Source: Thermoproteota archaeon (lineage in GTDB: Archaea > Korarchaeota > JAOZGF01 > JAOZFZ01). From it: 64,000 nucleotides of DNA. Numbering within the stretch: the first letter of the stretch is position 1; each line of letters opens with the position of its first letter. Below the pieces are notes generated by a model. The model made no database searches. It saw only the letters and a program-made list of their open reading frames with translations, and was not told the origin of the DNA. Positions 10,298 to 19,701 of the stretch are shown here, piece by piece. Both the position numbers and the translations under genes were made by a program. Location: NCBI GenBank assembly GCA_027492035.1, contig JAOZFT010000020.1:64001-128000 (forward strand). Direction: 5' to 3'.

Positions 10298-10525
10298 TTG
10301 TATAGGGTTGTAATTGACTATGACAAGTGTATAGGCTGCGGTAACTGTGTTAAAGCTTGCGCAATGGGAGTTTTAGAAATGATAGATGACGAACCTTACC
10401 CTGTAAACCCGAAAGATTGCCATGGATGTCAGGAATGTGAAAAAAGCTGTGAGCAAGGAGCAATTAAAGTTATTTATTTAGGCAATAAAAATAATTCATT
10501 TCTTCGGGAAACAGAGAAAGGTTAA
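10298..10525 (+). CDS. 2x[4Fe-4S] ferredoxin
   Basis: CIGCGNCVKAC and CHGCQECEKSC; likely TTG start at 10298 after GAGGCG (ORF track starts at 10232). Confidence 0.85.
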   Translation: MYRVVIDYDKCIGCGNCVKACAMGVLEMIDDEPYPVNPKDCHGCQECEKSCEQGAIKVIYLGNKNNSFLRETEKG

Positions 10526-10894
10526 AACCTTTAGAGAGAAACATAAGAGCTTCTTTCCCATTCTTTCACGCAGCAGCCTTTATTGAAAGATTAAAAGTAG
10601 TAAGGAGGCTCTTTTAAGTTTTAAACGCTTAAACTAAAAATACAAGTTAAAAACAGAACAGAGACCTTACGGTACCTGAAACATTAGGTAAGAGAATTAG
10701 GAAAGGTAAAAATGTGGTTAGTTCCGTTCCCATGTCAAAAAGTTTCTCAATTAAACCAAGGGGAGAAGACCTACGTCACCAATTGCTATCAAATCCCAAA
10801 AAGGTTAGCAAAGTCAAAATACTGAGGGAAGTACTTTAAAGAAAGGAAAAAATTAAATTCTTTTTTTGCCTACACTTCTGAGGGAGGTGTTTTT

Positions 10895-12385
10895 ATGGGT
10901 TTTAAACTTGGAGGTGTAAACCCTGCTTTGGTGACTCCTTTCACTAAAGAAGGGGAACTTGATTTAAAAGCTATGGAGAAACTTTTAAAGTTTGTTATAT
11001 CACAGGGCGTAAACGGGGTTGTTCCATGTGGCTCCACGGGGGAATTTACTTACCTCTCTGTTGAGGAAAGGAAGAAATTATTAGAGTTTGTAATAGAGGA
11101 AACTAAAAAAATTGATTCAAAGGTTAAAGTTATAGCTGGTACAGGAGGAAGCAGTACAAAAGAAGCTTTAGAAATGACTAAATTCGCCGAAAAAAGGGGG
11201 GCTGACGCTGTATTGGTTTGCTCCCCCTACTATTTCAAAGTTTCAAATAGGAACCTGTATAACCACTACTACTGCATAGCCCAAGAAACAAGTATCCCAA
11301 TCATAATTTATAACATTCCTCAACTTACAGGTAACAGCATAGACTGGAGAATAATTGAAGACTTAGCTCAACTAGACAATATTGTGGGTTTAAAGGACAG
11401 CAGTGGGAACATGTCTTACTTAATGACTTGTTTAGAAAAGGCAGGTGACAAAATAAATATTGTATGTGGCTGGGATGAAATAGTTTTCCCAGCCTTAGCT
11501 GCAGGCGCAAGTGGAATGATACTTGCAAGTGCAAACATTCTGCCAGATATTTGGGTTGAAATCTATAACAAAATGAAACAAAGCAAGTTAGAGGAAGCTA
11601 GAAAGCTTCAATTCAAAATACAAAAAATTCTGAGGTTAATTGTTAAAAGCGGTGCAGTTGGGGTTAAATCTGCTTTAAAAATGATGGGTTTAAATGTTGG
11701 AAAAAGCCGCAACCCCTTAGCACTCGGTGGAGAACTGAGTTATGAAGACAAGGAAGAATTAAGGATTGAACTGGAGAAACTTGGAAAAATTGAAAAAGAA
11801 AAAGTTGAAATGGAAATTAAGCCAGGGGCTCCATTGGAAAAAAGGTTTGGTGCAATTGGTATTACTCCGAAAAAAATTAAAGATTTCAGTTTAAAAATAG
11901 GTGAAGCCTTATCAGGTTCAGAACCTGAAGTAGCTCACATAGAGGTTTTAATAGGTGAAAAAAATGGTCCAGTAGGAGAAGCATTCGCTAAGGCGAAAGC
12001 AGCCCCCTCCCCTGGACATGAGCCACTGATAGCTATTCTTGAGCCTAATTTGCCGGTTAAGCCAGCAACCTTAATAATACCCACCGTTAAAATTAAGAAT
12101 TTAAGGTCTGCATCTCTTATTTACGGTGCAGCCCAGGCAGCTGTTGCTAAAGCTGTAGCAGACACTGTTAAAGAAGGTTACATACCTGAAGAAGAAGCAG
12201 ATAATTTACTAATTCTGGCAAGTGTTTTCATTCATCCAGCAGCCGTTAACAGGCAGAGAATATACATTAATAACTACAAAGCAATGAGACATGCGTTGAG
12301 ACGCGCTATAGAAAACAGGCCAAACATAAGCGAAATACTAAATGACAAAGAAAAAGCCAAGCATCCCCTCAAGTATGAACCCTAA
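10895..12385 (+). CDS. Fusion of a DapA/class I aldolase domain with a formaldehyde-activating enzyme (Fae, H4MPT hydro-lyase) domain
   Basis: N-terminal ~300 aa: GSTGEF, IIYNIP, Schiff-base GLKDSSG. C-terminal ~165 aa: IGEAL..EVAHI, GH.P...L.PNL.VKP.T, GAAQAAVAKAVAD, VFIHP.A, NYKA, all Fae motifs. Confidence 0.9.
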   Translation: MGFKLGGVNPALVTPFTKEGELDLKAMEKLLKFVISQGVNGVVPCGSTGEFTYLSVEERKKLLEFVIEETKKIDSKVKVIAGTGGSSTKEALEMTKFAEKRGADAVLVCSPYYFKVSNRNLYNHYYCIAQETSIPIIIYNIPQLTGNSIDWRIIEDLAQLDNIVGLKDSSGNMSYLMTCLEKAGDKINIVCGWDEIVFPALAAGASGMILASANILPDIWVEIYNKMKQSKLEEARKLQFKIQKILRLIVKSGAVGVKSALKMMGLNVGKSRNPLALGGELSYEDKEELRIELEKLGKIEKEKVEMEIKPGAPLEKRFGAIGITPKKIKDFSLKIGEALSGSEPEVAHIEVLIGEKNGPVGEAFAKAKAAPSPGHEPLIAILEPNLPVKPATLIIPTVKIKNLRSASLIYGAAQAAVAKAVADTVKEGYIPEEEADNLLILASVFIHPAAVNRQRIYINNYKAMRHALRRAIENRPNISEILNDKEKAKHPLKYEP

Positions 12386-12759
12386 AACCTTCTTTCTTTT
12401 TTTATTCCTGGTTTCTGTGTTGAAAAGTTTTAACTCACTTACTAAACTGTTCAGCGTCATCCTTAACATTCTAAAACAGAGTAAATACTTCGTGATTTAT
12501 CGAAGAAATCAAAAAACTGTTTTGGTGAGGAAGTGAAGCTTTAAAACTATGATTTTGCGCCTTTTTTGGCAGTTAAGCCTTTGCTTGAAATTCTGGTTCT
12601 TCGCCCTCACTTGTTTTCTTATAAAGATACAAACTTCATCTCCACTTTTCATGTCAACAGAAAGGTGCGCAAGCTTGTCTTTATACTGTTACTAAATAAG
12701 GCCCCTGTATTTGTCAATTATACTTGTGTAGGTTTTGCCTATTCTGTTCTTTAATTGAA

Positions 12760-14298
12760 TTAACTTCTTTTGTTTTGGGCGAGGTGCTTTATTGTTTCAT
12801 AAGTTTGGAATTCTGGCGCGAGTGAGTCGTAAATTTTAAATTTATCGAACGAAAGAATTTTTGCATCTACACCCATTGTGCCTCCGTGGATAGGGTAAAC
12901 AAATGTAACTTCCTTACGTGTAAAGAAATTGTCAGCTAACGTTAAAAACATCCTTTGCTCCTCCTTACTTAAGTTTTGGCTAAATACTCCCAAGGGAGTT
13001 TTTGTTGTTGCAGCCCAATCTATAAACGCAAACACCGGAACGTTGCCTAACTTTTGTTTAACAATATCTAATCTTTTGCTCCATTTCTCTTCATCAAGCT
13101 CCATTTTCTTTACTTCCTTAACTGAAGGGCTTAATGTGACAAAGTCAAGGTTTGGGGGAGAGTAAGGGTACATTGCTGCACTTAACCAACTGCCAACATA
13201 AACATACTTACCTTTTAATTTTCCATAATCGTGGATTTCGTCCACAATTTTACAAGCTGCTTCGTAACTTTCCTTTACTGCAGAGTGGTTAATGTTTTTT
13301 GTGATCTTAAGAAGCAGATTTGCCTGAGCAAAAAGCATGTCAACCCATATAGCATCTGCACCTGCATCAATTTGTTTCTCTGCCCAGCTTATGAGAAGCC
13401 TTTGAAACCTTGGGTTTGTTATGTCTGGAAAATACGCTGCAGCCTCTTCCGGGCTGTAAAGGCTGCAATCTAAATCTTTAGAAACCCATAATTGTTTTTT
13501 GCCGAATTCACATTGAAATTCCTCCTTTGATACATTAACTCCCCATTTTTGAGGGTCTAGAGCAAGATCCCATGTTTGGGGATACCCTATAATTTCTCCT
13601 GTTTCCGGGTTCCAAACAGCCCCTCTATGGATTATTTGCGCTGGAACTGCTCCGCAAATAATCACGTCAGGCATCTCCGCCTTTATTTCAGAAATTGTTT
13701 TTTCAAGTTTTTCGTAGCTGTAACCGCTGAATTCACATCTCCATCTTGCTTTCTGTGAAGAAAGTTCATTACATTTATTTGGGCAGGGGTTCCACCTCCA
13801 AAAAGCCCTGAAAATAAAGTCCGTCCTTGTCTCTTTGAACAAGCTTATCATTTCCTCTGTGCTTCTGTCTACAACTGCACCGTCAGTTATTCTCTCATAC
13901 AGAGAAGCAACCCTAACTCTTCTTAATTTCTCCTTCGCTTTAACTTCTAATTCTTTGTAGCTTTGGTTTTGTTGAGTTTGAGGTAGTTTTTCAATTTTCA
14001 AAATCTCAACAGGTACCCACATTTGAATAGTGACTACGTCTTTCCTCACTTTTGCTTTGAAATTTATTCTTAAACCGTCTTCTCTAAATTCATCTGGTAA
14101 ATTTAAGGGGTAATATTTTTCACCCTTATCTGTTACAACTCCGTAGAATCCTCCCTCTAAAGGAACATATTTTACTGTACCAGTTAATTCAATGATTCCT
14201 TGCCCTCCCTGAAACGTGCAGCCCAGCAACAGTATCGTCAATAGAAAACCTATGGTAGCCAAAGCTCTGTTTTTTATTCCCCTCTCCTCCAAATTCAT
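12760..14298 (-). CDS. Putative lipoprotein: small beta domain plus glycoside-hydrolase-like TIM barrel
   Basis: Hydrophobic signal ending in lipobox-like LLLGC; GTVKYVPLEGGFYG small domain; PDITNP.F..LL..WA.KQIDAGADAIWVD resembles GH-type barrels. Confidence 0.6.
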   Translation of the reverse strand: MNLEERGIKNRALATIGFLLTILLLGCTFQGGQGIIELTGTVKYVPLEGGFYGVVTDKGEKYYPLNLPDEFREDGLRINFKAKVRKDVVTIQMWVPVEILKIEKLPQTQQNQSYKELEVKAKEKLRRVRVASLYERITDGAVVDRSTEEMISLFKETRTDFIFRAFWRWNPCPNKCNELSSQKARWRCEFSGYSYEKLEKTISEIKAEMPDVIICGAVPAQIIHRGAVWNPETGEIIGYPQTWDLALDPQKWGVNVSKEEFQCEFGKKQLWVSKDLDCSLYSPEEAAAYFPDITNPRFQRLLISWAEKQIDAGADAIWVDMLFAQANLLLKITKNINHSAVKESYEAACKIVDEIHDYGKLKGKYVYVGSWLSAAMYPYSPPNLDFVTLSPSVKEVKKMELDEEKWSKRLDIVKQKLGNVPVFAFIDWAATTKTPLGVFSQNLSKEEQRMFLTLADNFFTRKEVTFVYPIHGGTMGVDAKILSFDKFKIYDSLAPEFQTYETIKHLAQNKRS

Positions 14299-14362
14299 TT
14301 AATGTTCTAGTGCTACGCCTTTAATCTCCCTCTTAAACCGCTAGCGGTTTTAAAGTTTTATG

Positions 14363-14378
14363 GATGAATCATTCATTT
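14363..14378. promoter_or_regulatory. Palindromic operator candidate GATGAATCATTCATTT (copy 1)
   Basis: Perfect ATGAAT-C-ATTCAT palindrome 65-80 bp upstream of the lipoprotein gene, next to minus-strand AAAACTTTAAAA; near-identical copy at 18690. Confidence 0.5.
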
Positions 14379-14518
14379 AAGAAGAATCTTCTCAGAAAAT
14401 AAACTTTCTCTCTTGAGGAAAATTTCCAAGCTTTGACGCGGGAAAAGGACTACAAAATTAGTAAAGCCTAAAAATTAGCTAGTTCTGGATTAACGACCTC
14501 AACTTGAAACCTTGTTTT

Positions 14519-15778
14519 TTAGTCTGTATTCACTCCCGTAGCATTTTTTAAGTTTTCTTTCAACTTAAAGGGGACCATACCCTTTCCCACTATTTCTTCC
14601 CTTAGTTTAAGCATCATTTCAGGCACATCTATTTCCATTGGGCAATGTTTCTTGCATCTTCCACATAATGTACATGTATACGCTATTGGAGCTGCTTTTT
14701 CCAGTCCTCCCAGTAAGAATCTGGTAAGAATAGCCCCTATGCCTCCCATGTAAACGTGGCCAAAATACCCTGAAACTAATGAATAAACTGGGCATTCATA
14801 CAGGCATCCTCCACATCTGAGGCAGTAAAGTGCCTGTCTGTAGACGGGGTCTTTAGCCATTTCCTTTCTTCCATTATCGAGAAGCACTAGATGAAATTCT
14901 TTTGGCCCATGTGCACCGTAAACAATTTTTTTCTCTATGTCTCCTGTTTTGCTTGGGCCTGAGACAATGCTAACATAAGTTGGTGCTTTATAGTTTGCGT
15001 ATCTTGTCACTACTTCAACAAGTAACATGGCGTCTGAAAGAGTTGGAATGACCTTCTCTATTCCTGCAACCACGATGTGTTTTTCAGGTAAACCTGAGAC
15101 AAGCCTTGCATTCCCTTCGTTTTCGATTATGAAGACAGACCCTGTTTCAGCTACAACTGCGTTAGCTCCTGTTAATCCCACATCTGCCTCTACAAATTTT
15201 TGTCTAAGGTAATTCCTTACTTCCTTAACAAGTATAGGGATTTCTGCCGGTAACTTTTTTCCTGTGATTTTTGAAAGCAGTTTTGCCACTTTCTCCCTTG
15301 GAATGTGGATGGCTGGTGAAAGTAAGTGCATAGGTTTACTTTTCAGCTGTTGAATTATGAACTCACCAAGATCTGTTTCAAAAACTTTGCAACCTATTCT
15401 CTCTAGTTCACTGTTAATGTTTAGTTCCTCCATGGTTAAGCTTTTAGACTTAACAACAGTTTCAGCCCCTTTAACTACGCTTTTAACATATTCTAAAGCC
15501 TTATAAGCATTTTCAGCCATGTAAAAGTTTCCCTTAAGATCTTCAACAACGTCTCTCGTTTGCTTAATTAATTCCTCAATTCTTAGAAGCGAATTCTTTT
15601 TTATTTTTCTGAGTTTAGAGGCTTTCCTTTCTACGTAAGGGTAAAGTTTGAAGGCTTCGTCTCTGTTTCTTCTATATGACTCAATAGCTCTTTCAAGAGC
15701 TGTTCTAAGTGAACTGTTGCGGGCGGCAGAGCCAAGCTTTCTTAAGTAGGAATTATAAATTTCATCGTTAACAGACAA
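14519..15778 (-). CDS. lutB: Lactate utilisation protein B-like (LUD domain + 2x[4Fe-4S])
   Basis: VKSKS...EE, ETDLGEFI, ENEGNARL, SGPSKTGDIE...GAHGP, CLRCGGCLYECPVY, CTLCGRCKKHCP. Confidence 0.88.
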   Translation of the reverse strand: MSVNDEIYNSYLRKLGSAARNSSLRTALERAIESYRRNRDEAFKLYPYVERKASKLRKIKKNSLLRIEELIKQTRDVVEDLKGNFYMAENAYKALEYVKSVVKGAETVVKSKSLTMEELNINSELERIGCKVFETDLGEFIIQQLKSKPMHLLSPAIHIPREKVAKLLSKITGKKLPAEIPILVKEVRNYLRQKFVEADVGLTGANAVVAETGSVFIIENEGNARLVSGLPEKHIVVAGIEKVIPTLSDAMLLVEVVTRYANYKAPTYVSIVSGPSKTGDIEKKIVYGAHGPKEFHLVLLDNGRKEMAKDPVYRQALYCLRCGGCLYECPVYSLVSGYFGHVYMGGIGAILTRFLLGGLEKAAPIAYTCTLCGRCKKHCPMEIDVPEMMLKLREEIVGKGMVPFKLKENLKNATGVNTD

Positions 15779-15805
15779 AAATGGGCACCTCTTAATTAGA
15801 AAAAA

Positions 15806-16540
15806 TTAGGTGAGGAACCTAATTAAGAGACCGGAAACATTGGTTACTTTCATTTCCCTGTTCAAGAAGATGTCGACAGCCCTCCTAATTGTTAAGATAC
15901 ATTGGGGACAAGCAGTAACAATAAGTTTCAGGTCTTTAGGGATTTCATCCTCAATTATAAGTTTCCTTGCGGCTATTTTAACTGAAAGAGTAGGGAAAAA
16001 AGAAGCTAGAAGTCCTCCTCCACCGCAACAAATAGATTTTTCCTTTGTATATTTAGGTTTGTAAAGCTTTACATTTGGAATTAAAGAAATTATTTTTCTA
16101 GGTTCCTCGTAAACCTCCATGTGTCTACCAAGTTCGCAAGGGTCGTGGTACATTACTTTCTCTTCCTCTAAGTGTTTAAATTTAGGTTTAATTTTCCCCT
16201 TCTTAATCAGCCCCCAAAGAAACTGTGTAACATGAACTACACCAGGTTTAATTTTCAAACCTAACTTTGACATGTAGAATTCTTTAAAGGCTCTTTGACA
16301 GGCGGGGCAAGGAGTAACAACTAAATTAAACCTATTCAGTGTTTCAATAATTTCTTTAGCGTTTTTCTTTGCTTTATTTCTGAAGCCACCTATTATTAAA
16401 GGGAATCCACAGCATAATTCCTCTTCCAAAGTGGTAACTTCAATATTTAGTTTGTTGAAGAGGGTAAAAATGTTATTAAGGTCATTAGGCAAATTTTTTC
16501 TATAATTGCAGCCCTGCCATAAAAGAACCTTTTTAACCAA
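15806..16540 (-). CDS. CCG-domain Fe-S protein (LutA/GlcF/HdrB-like)
   Basis: Two CCG motifs (CCGFP...CPAC; YHDPC.LGR...CCGGGG...CPQC); upstream of lutB on the same strand. Confidence 0.85.
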   Translation of the reverse strand: MVKKVLLWQGCNYRKNLPNDLNNIFTLFNKLNIEVTTLEEELCCGFPLIIGGFRNKAKKNAKEIIETLNRFNLVVTPCPACQRAFKEFYMSKLGLKIKPGVVHVTQFLWGLIKKGKIKPKFKHLEEEKVMYHDPCELGRHMEVYEEPRKIISLIPNVKLYKPKYTKEKSICCGGGGLLASFFPTLSVKIAARKLIIEDEIPKDLKLIVTACPQCILTIRRAVDIFLNREMKVTNVSGLLIRFLT

Positions 16541-16815
16541 GTTTTTTCAACCTTAAAGAAAATTATCTAGACAACTTTGCTAAATTTTTCTTTCTGTTTA
16601 AAAATGTTAACAGTTCTAAAAAAGGAATCCTAAACTTAACACTGGACTCCTTTTAACTTCCTTTAGTTTCCTATATCTCCTCTACATTACTGTAAAATTG
16701 TTGAAAAGAAAGACACAGGTTGAAAAGGAGAAAAAAATAAAAAAATTGTTAGTTGCTGCAGTTTCCTTTGAAACCTTCGAAACTTCCCAGTACTTGAGAA
16801 GAGGGGGGTTCAAAG

Positions 16816-18186
16816 GTGACTGGCACTTTGTCACTGAAGGAAAAAATTCAACGGAAAAAAGCAGTGGTAGCTGTTTATGGATTAGGCTATGTTGGTTTGC
16901 CTCTACTTCTTCAAACAGCAAGTAAAGGGTTTAAAACTGTTGGAGTGGACATAAACAATAAGAAAGTGTTAAAACTTAAGAAAGGCGAAACTGAAGTTTT
17001 AACAAGCCAAGAAAAAAATGTTTTTAAGAAACTAATAGAGGAAGGATTGGTTGAGCTTACGAGTGACGGCAACTATGCTTCAGACAAAGCTGAAGTGCAT
17101 ATTATTTGCGTCCCTACACCTGTGGACGAAGTAGGAATCCCTGACTTAAAATTTGTTGTTGAAGCAGCTGAAACCATAAGCAAGGGTTTAAGGGAGGGTG
17201 AAATTGTTGTTTCTGAAAGTACAAGCTACCCTGGAACTGTAGACTATGTTATTCGCCCTGTACTTGAAAAAACAGGTTTAAAAGCAGGTGAAGATTTCTA
17301 TTTAGCTTTTTCACCGGAAAGGATTTCTCCAGGCGACCCTTACAAGATATCTGAAATCCCCAAAGTTGTCGGTGGAGTGAACAAGGAAAGCACAGACCTA
17401 TCCGCCCTCTTCTACCAGCAAATACTGGATGCCCCAGTGATTCCTGTTTCAGACGCTAAAACAGCTGAAATGACTAAAATGCTGGAAAACATTTACAGAG
17501 TGGTTAACATTGCGTTAATCAATGAGCTTGCAGTGTTTGCAGAGAAACTAGGAATCGACATATGGGAGGTTATAAGGGCAGCTTCAACAAAACCTTTCGG
17601 TTTCCAGTCTTTTCATCCAGGCCCAGGAGTTGGAGGTCACTGCGTACCAGTTGATCCTTTATACTTCTCCTTCCTTGTAAGGAAGATGGGTAAAATTTCC
17701 CATTTCATAGAGTTAGCTACAGAAATAAACAACAAAATGCCTGAGCATGTGGTTGAACTGGTTGAGGCAGCTTTAAACAGCGTCAAAAAAAGCGTTAAAG
17801 GGTCTACCTTATCAATTTACGGTTTAACTTACAAAAAAGATGTCCCAGACCTAAGGAACACTCCTTCAAAAAAAATAATTAAGTTTTTGTTGGAATTAGG
17901 CGCAAAAATAAAGGTTTACGACCCTTACGTAAAAAAAGTAACATTGGGCAATGAAACATTTAAATCAGAAAAGAATGTTTTTGAATGTGCAAAAGGAAGC
18001 GACTGCCTAATTTTCTTAACCGACCACAAAATGTTTAAGTCAATTAACATCGAAGAATTAATTGAAAAAATGAAGGAGAAAATAATTGTAGATGGAAGAA
18101 ACATTTTCGACAGAGAAACATGTGAAAGAAAGGGAATACATTATTTCGCAATCGGGAAACCCATTAAAAAAAGGGGTAGGGTTTGA
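16816..18186 (+). CDS. Nucleotide-sugar dehydrogenase (UDP-N-acetylhexosamine dehydrogenase, WecC/WbpA family)
   Basis: GLGYVGLP, ICVPTP, ESTSYPGT, SPER..PG, catalytic GPGVGGHC, YKKDV.DLR. Confidence 0.92.
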   Translation: MTGTLSLKEKIQRKKAVVAVYGLGYVGLPLLLQTASKGFKTVGVDINNKKVLKLKKGETEVLTSQEKNVFKKLIEEGLVELTSDGNYASDKAEVHIICVPTPVDEVGIPDLKFVVEAAETISKGLREGEIVVSESTSYPGTVDYVIRPVLEKTGLKAGEDFYLAFSPERISPGDPYKISEIPKVVGGVNKESTDLSALFYQQILDAPVIPVSDAKTAEMTKMLENIYRVVNIALINELAVFAEKLGIDIWEVIRAASTKPFGFQSFHPGPGVGGHCVPVDPLYFSFLVRKMGKISHFIELATEINNKMPEHVVELVEAALNSVKKSVKGSTLSIYGLTYKKDVPDLRNTPSKKIIKFLLELGAKIKVYDPYVKKVTLGNETFKSEKNVFECAKGSDCLIFLTDHKMFKSINIEELIEKMKEKIIVDGRNIFDRETCERKGIHYFAIGKPIKKRGRV

Positions 18187-18192
18187 TTCTGG

Positions 18193-18606
18193 TTAAACGT
18201 GCCATGTTTTAAAAACTCCTTCACCTTTCAGACAAACCCATCCTGTACCGTAGGCTAAAACTTTCGAAACAGTGTGCGTAGTTTTTATGTGTACAATCAA
18301 GTTTTCACCTGTAACCTGTGCCATCCCTTCACCTTCATAAACCCAGAAGTTCCCTCTCTGAAAAACATTCCCTGAACCCTTTGTCACAATTTGAGGTTGA
18401 TGCCCACCATAGTTTTCCACTTCAAGAATTCCTCCTCCCTGAATAAAAACAGTTCCTGAACCCTGTATCACTGCTGTACCTATTCCTTTAGCTGCTAAAA
18501 CTCCTTTCCCGCCAGTAAATAAAGCATTGACAGAACTCGTGGATAGCATCAAGGAAACAAGTAGGGCGATAGCTGTTACACTTAAAAAAATTTTTCCTTT
18601 ATTCAT
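18193..18606 (-). CDS. Secreted Gly-rich hypothetical protein
   Basis: N-terminal signal-like stretch followed by repeated GxG beta-strand units. Confidence 0.6.
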   Translation of the reverse strand: MNKGKIFLSVTAIALLVSLMLSTSSVNALFTGGKGVLAAKGIGTAVIQGSGTVFIQGGGILEVENYGGHQPQIVTKGSGNVFQRGNFWVYEGEGMAQVTGENLIVHIKTTHTVSKVLAYGTGWVCLKGEGVFKTWHV

Positions 18607-18689
18607 TCCTTTACATCCCTCACTAAAAGTTTTATTTTTTATGAAGGAAGCTGGTAAACCTTAAATAAACTTTATGAAAGAAGAATATA

Positions 18690-18705
18690 GATGATTCATT
18701 CATTT
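18690..18705. promoter_or_regulatory. Palindromic operator candidate GATGATTCATTCATTT (copy 2)
   Basis: 15/16 identical to 14363-14378; 84-99 bp upstream of the minus-strand secreted-protein gene. Confidence 0.45.
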
Positions 18706-18776
18706 CTTTACTTTTTCCCTTCCTCAACCATAATTTTATTCTCTTCTTTTAGTTTCTTTGCTGAGGGGGTTTAAAG

Positions 18777-19373
18777 TTGTTTGAAATATTCGGTTCAGGG
18801 AAACCTAAGAGACTATTTGTTGGTGGTTTACATGGAAAAGAGGGTTTAGTGACTCAAAAAGTTTTTTCAGAGTTGGTTAAGTCAAACTTCACCGTTAAGG
18901 AAGGGTGCTTAATTATACGTAACTTTTCATTAAAAACAAGGTATGTAAGCACTTTAGAAAGAGAGTTTTACAATACTGAAACAGGGAAGAAGCTTCTTAA
19001 ATTAATAAGAAGCATTAAACCAGAAATATATGTTGAATTCCATTCTTACCCATCGAAAAGTTACCCAAGTTTAACAAGTGAGGAAAGGAGGAAAACTAAG
19101 GGGGTTCCGCCCTTAATAGATTTAAGCAAAGGCTTATTGTTCGGTTCAGTTTCTCCGCTTATACGCAAAACGGAATTTAAGAAAAGAGACTTTTGTGCAT
19201 TACTGGAAATACCTAAAAAGTTCACTGGTTACAATGAAGTGATAAACCTTTGCAAAATATTCATTAAAGCTAGAAATAGAGAAGAAATAGTGGAGGAAAT
19301 GGAGAAAATTTATCCGGAGCAAATGAAACAAGTTCAGAGAAATTACCTTGAATTCTACTCATTAAAAATTTAA
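18777..19373 (+). CDS. DUF2119 family protein (Zn-carboxypeptidase/deacylase-like)
   Basis: LFVGGLHGKEG, YVSTL, YVEFHSY, GVPPLIDL..GLL.GSVSP.IR motifs. Confidence 0.75.
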   Translation: MFEIFGSGKPKRLFVGGLHGKEGLVTQKVFSELVKSNFTVKEGCLIIRNFSLKTRYVSTLEREFYNTETGKKLLKLIRSIKPEIYVEFHSYPSKSYPSLTSEERRKTKGVPPLIDLSKGLLFGSVSPLIRKTEFKKRDFCALLEIPKKFTGYNEVINLCKIFIKARNREEIVEEMEKIYPEQMKQVQRNYLEFYSLKI

Positions 19374-19701
19374 ATTTTTTATTAAAGCAAGAAAAAGGAA
19401 TTTCAGGATTTCTGATACAAGGAATCTGTCAAGATGAAACAGTTAAATTTTTTAATTTTAAGAAATAATTTATATATCGAAAGTGTAATATCAACTTTAT
19501 TTGGGAATTGATTAAATAAGACAAAAATTAAAAAAGTATTTTTTTTCCTTGGTTGAAACATTTCTTCTTTAAGACTCTTTTTTTAGCTAAAAAAGCATTC
19601 TTCATTTAAAGACTCTTTTATTGACAGAATCCCTCCCAAATCTTTCGGAAACCTGATTTATGAAAACTATTTAATTAAGTTCAAGTTTTTCCACATTTTT
19701 A

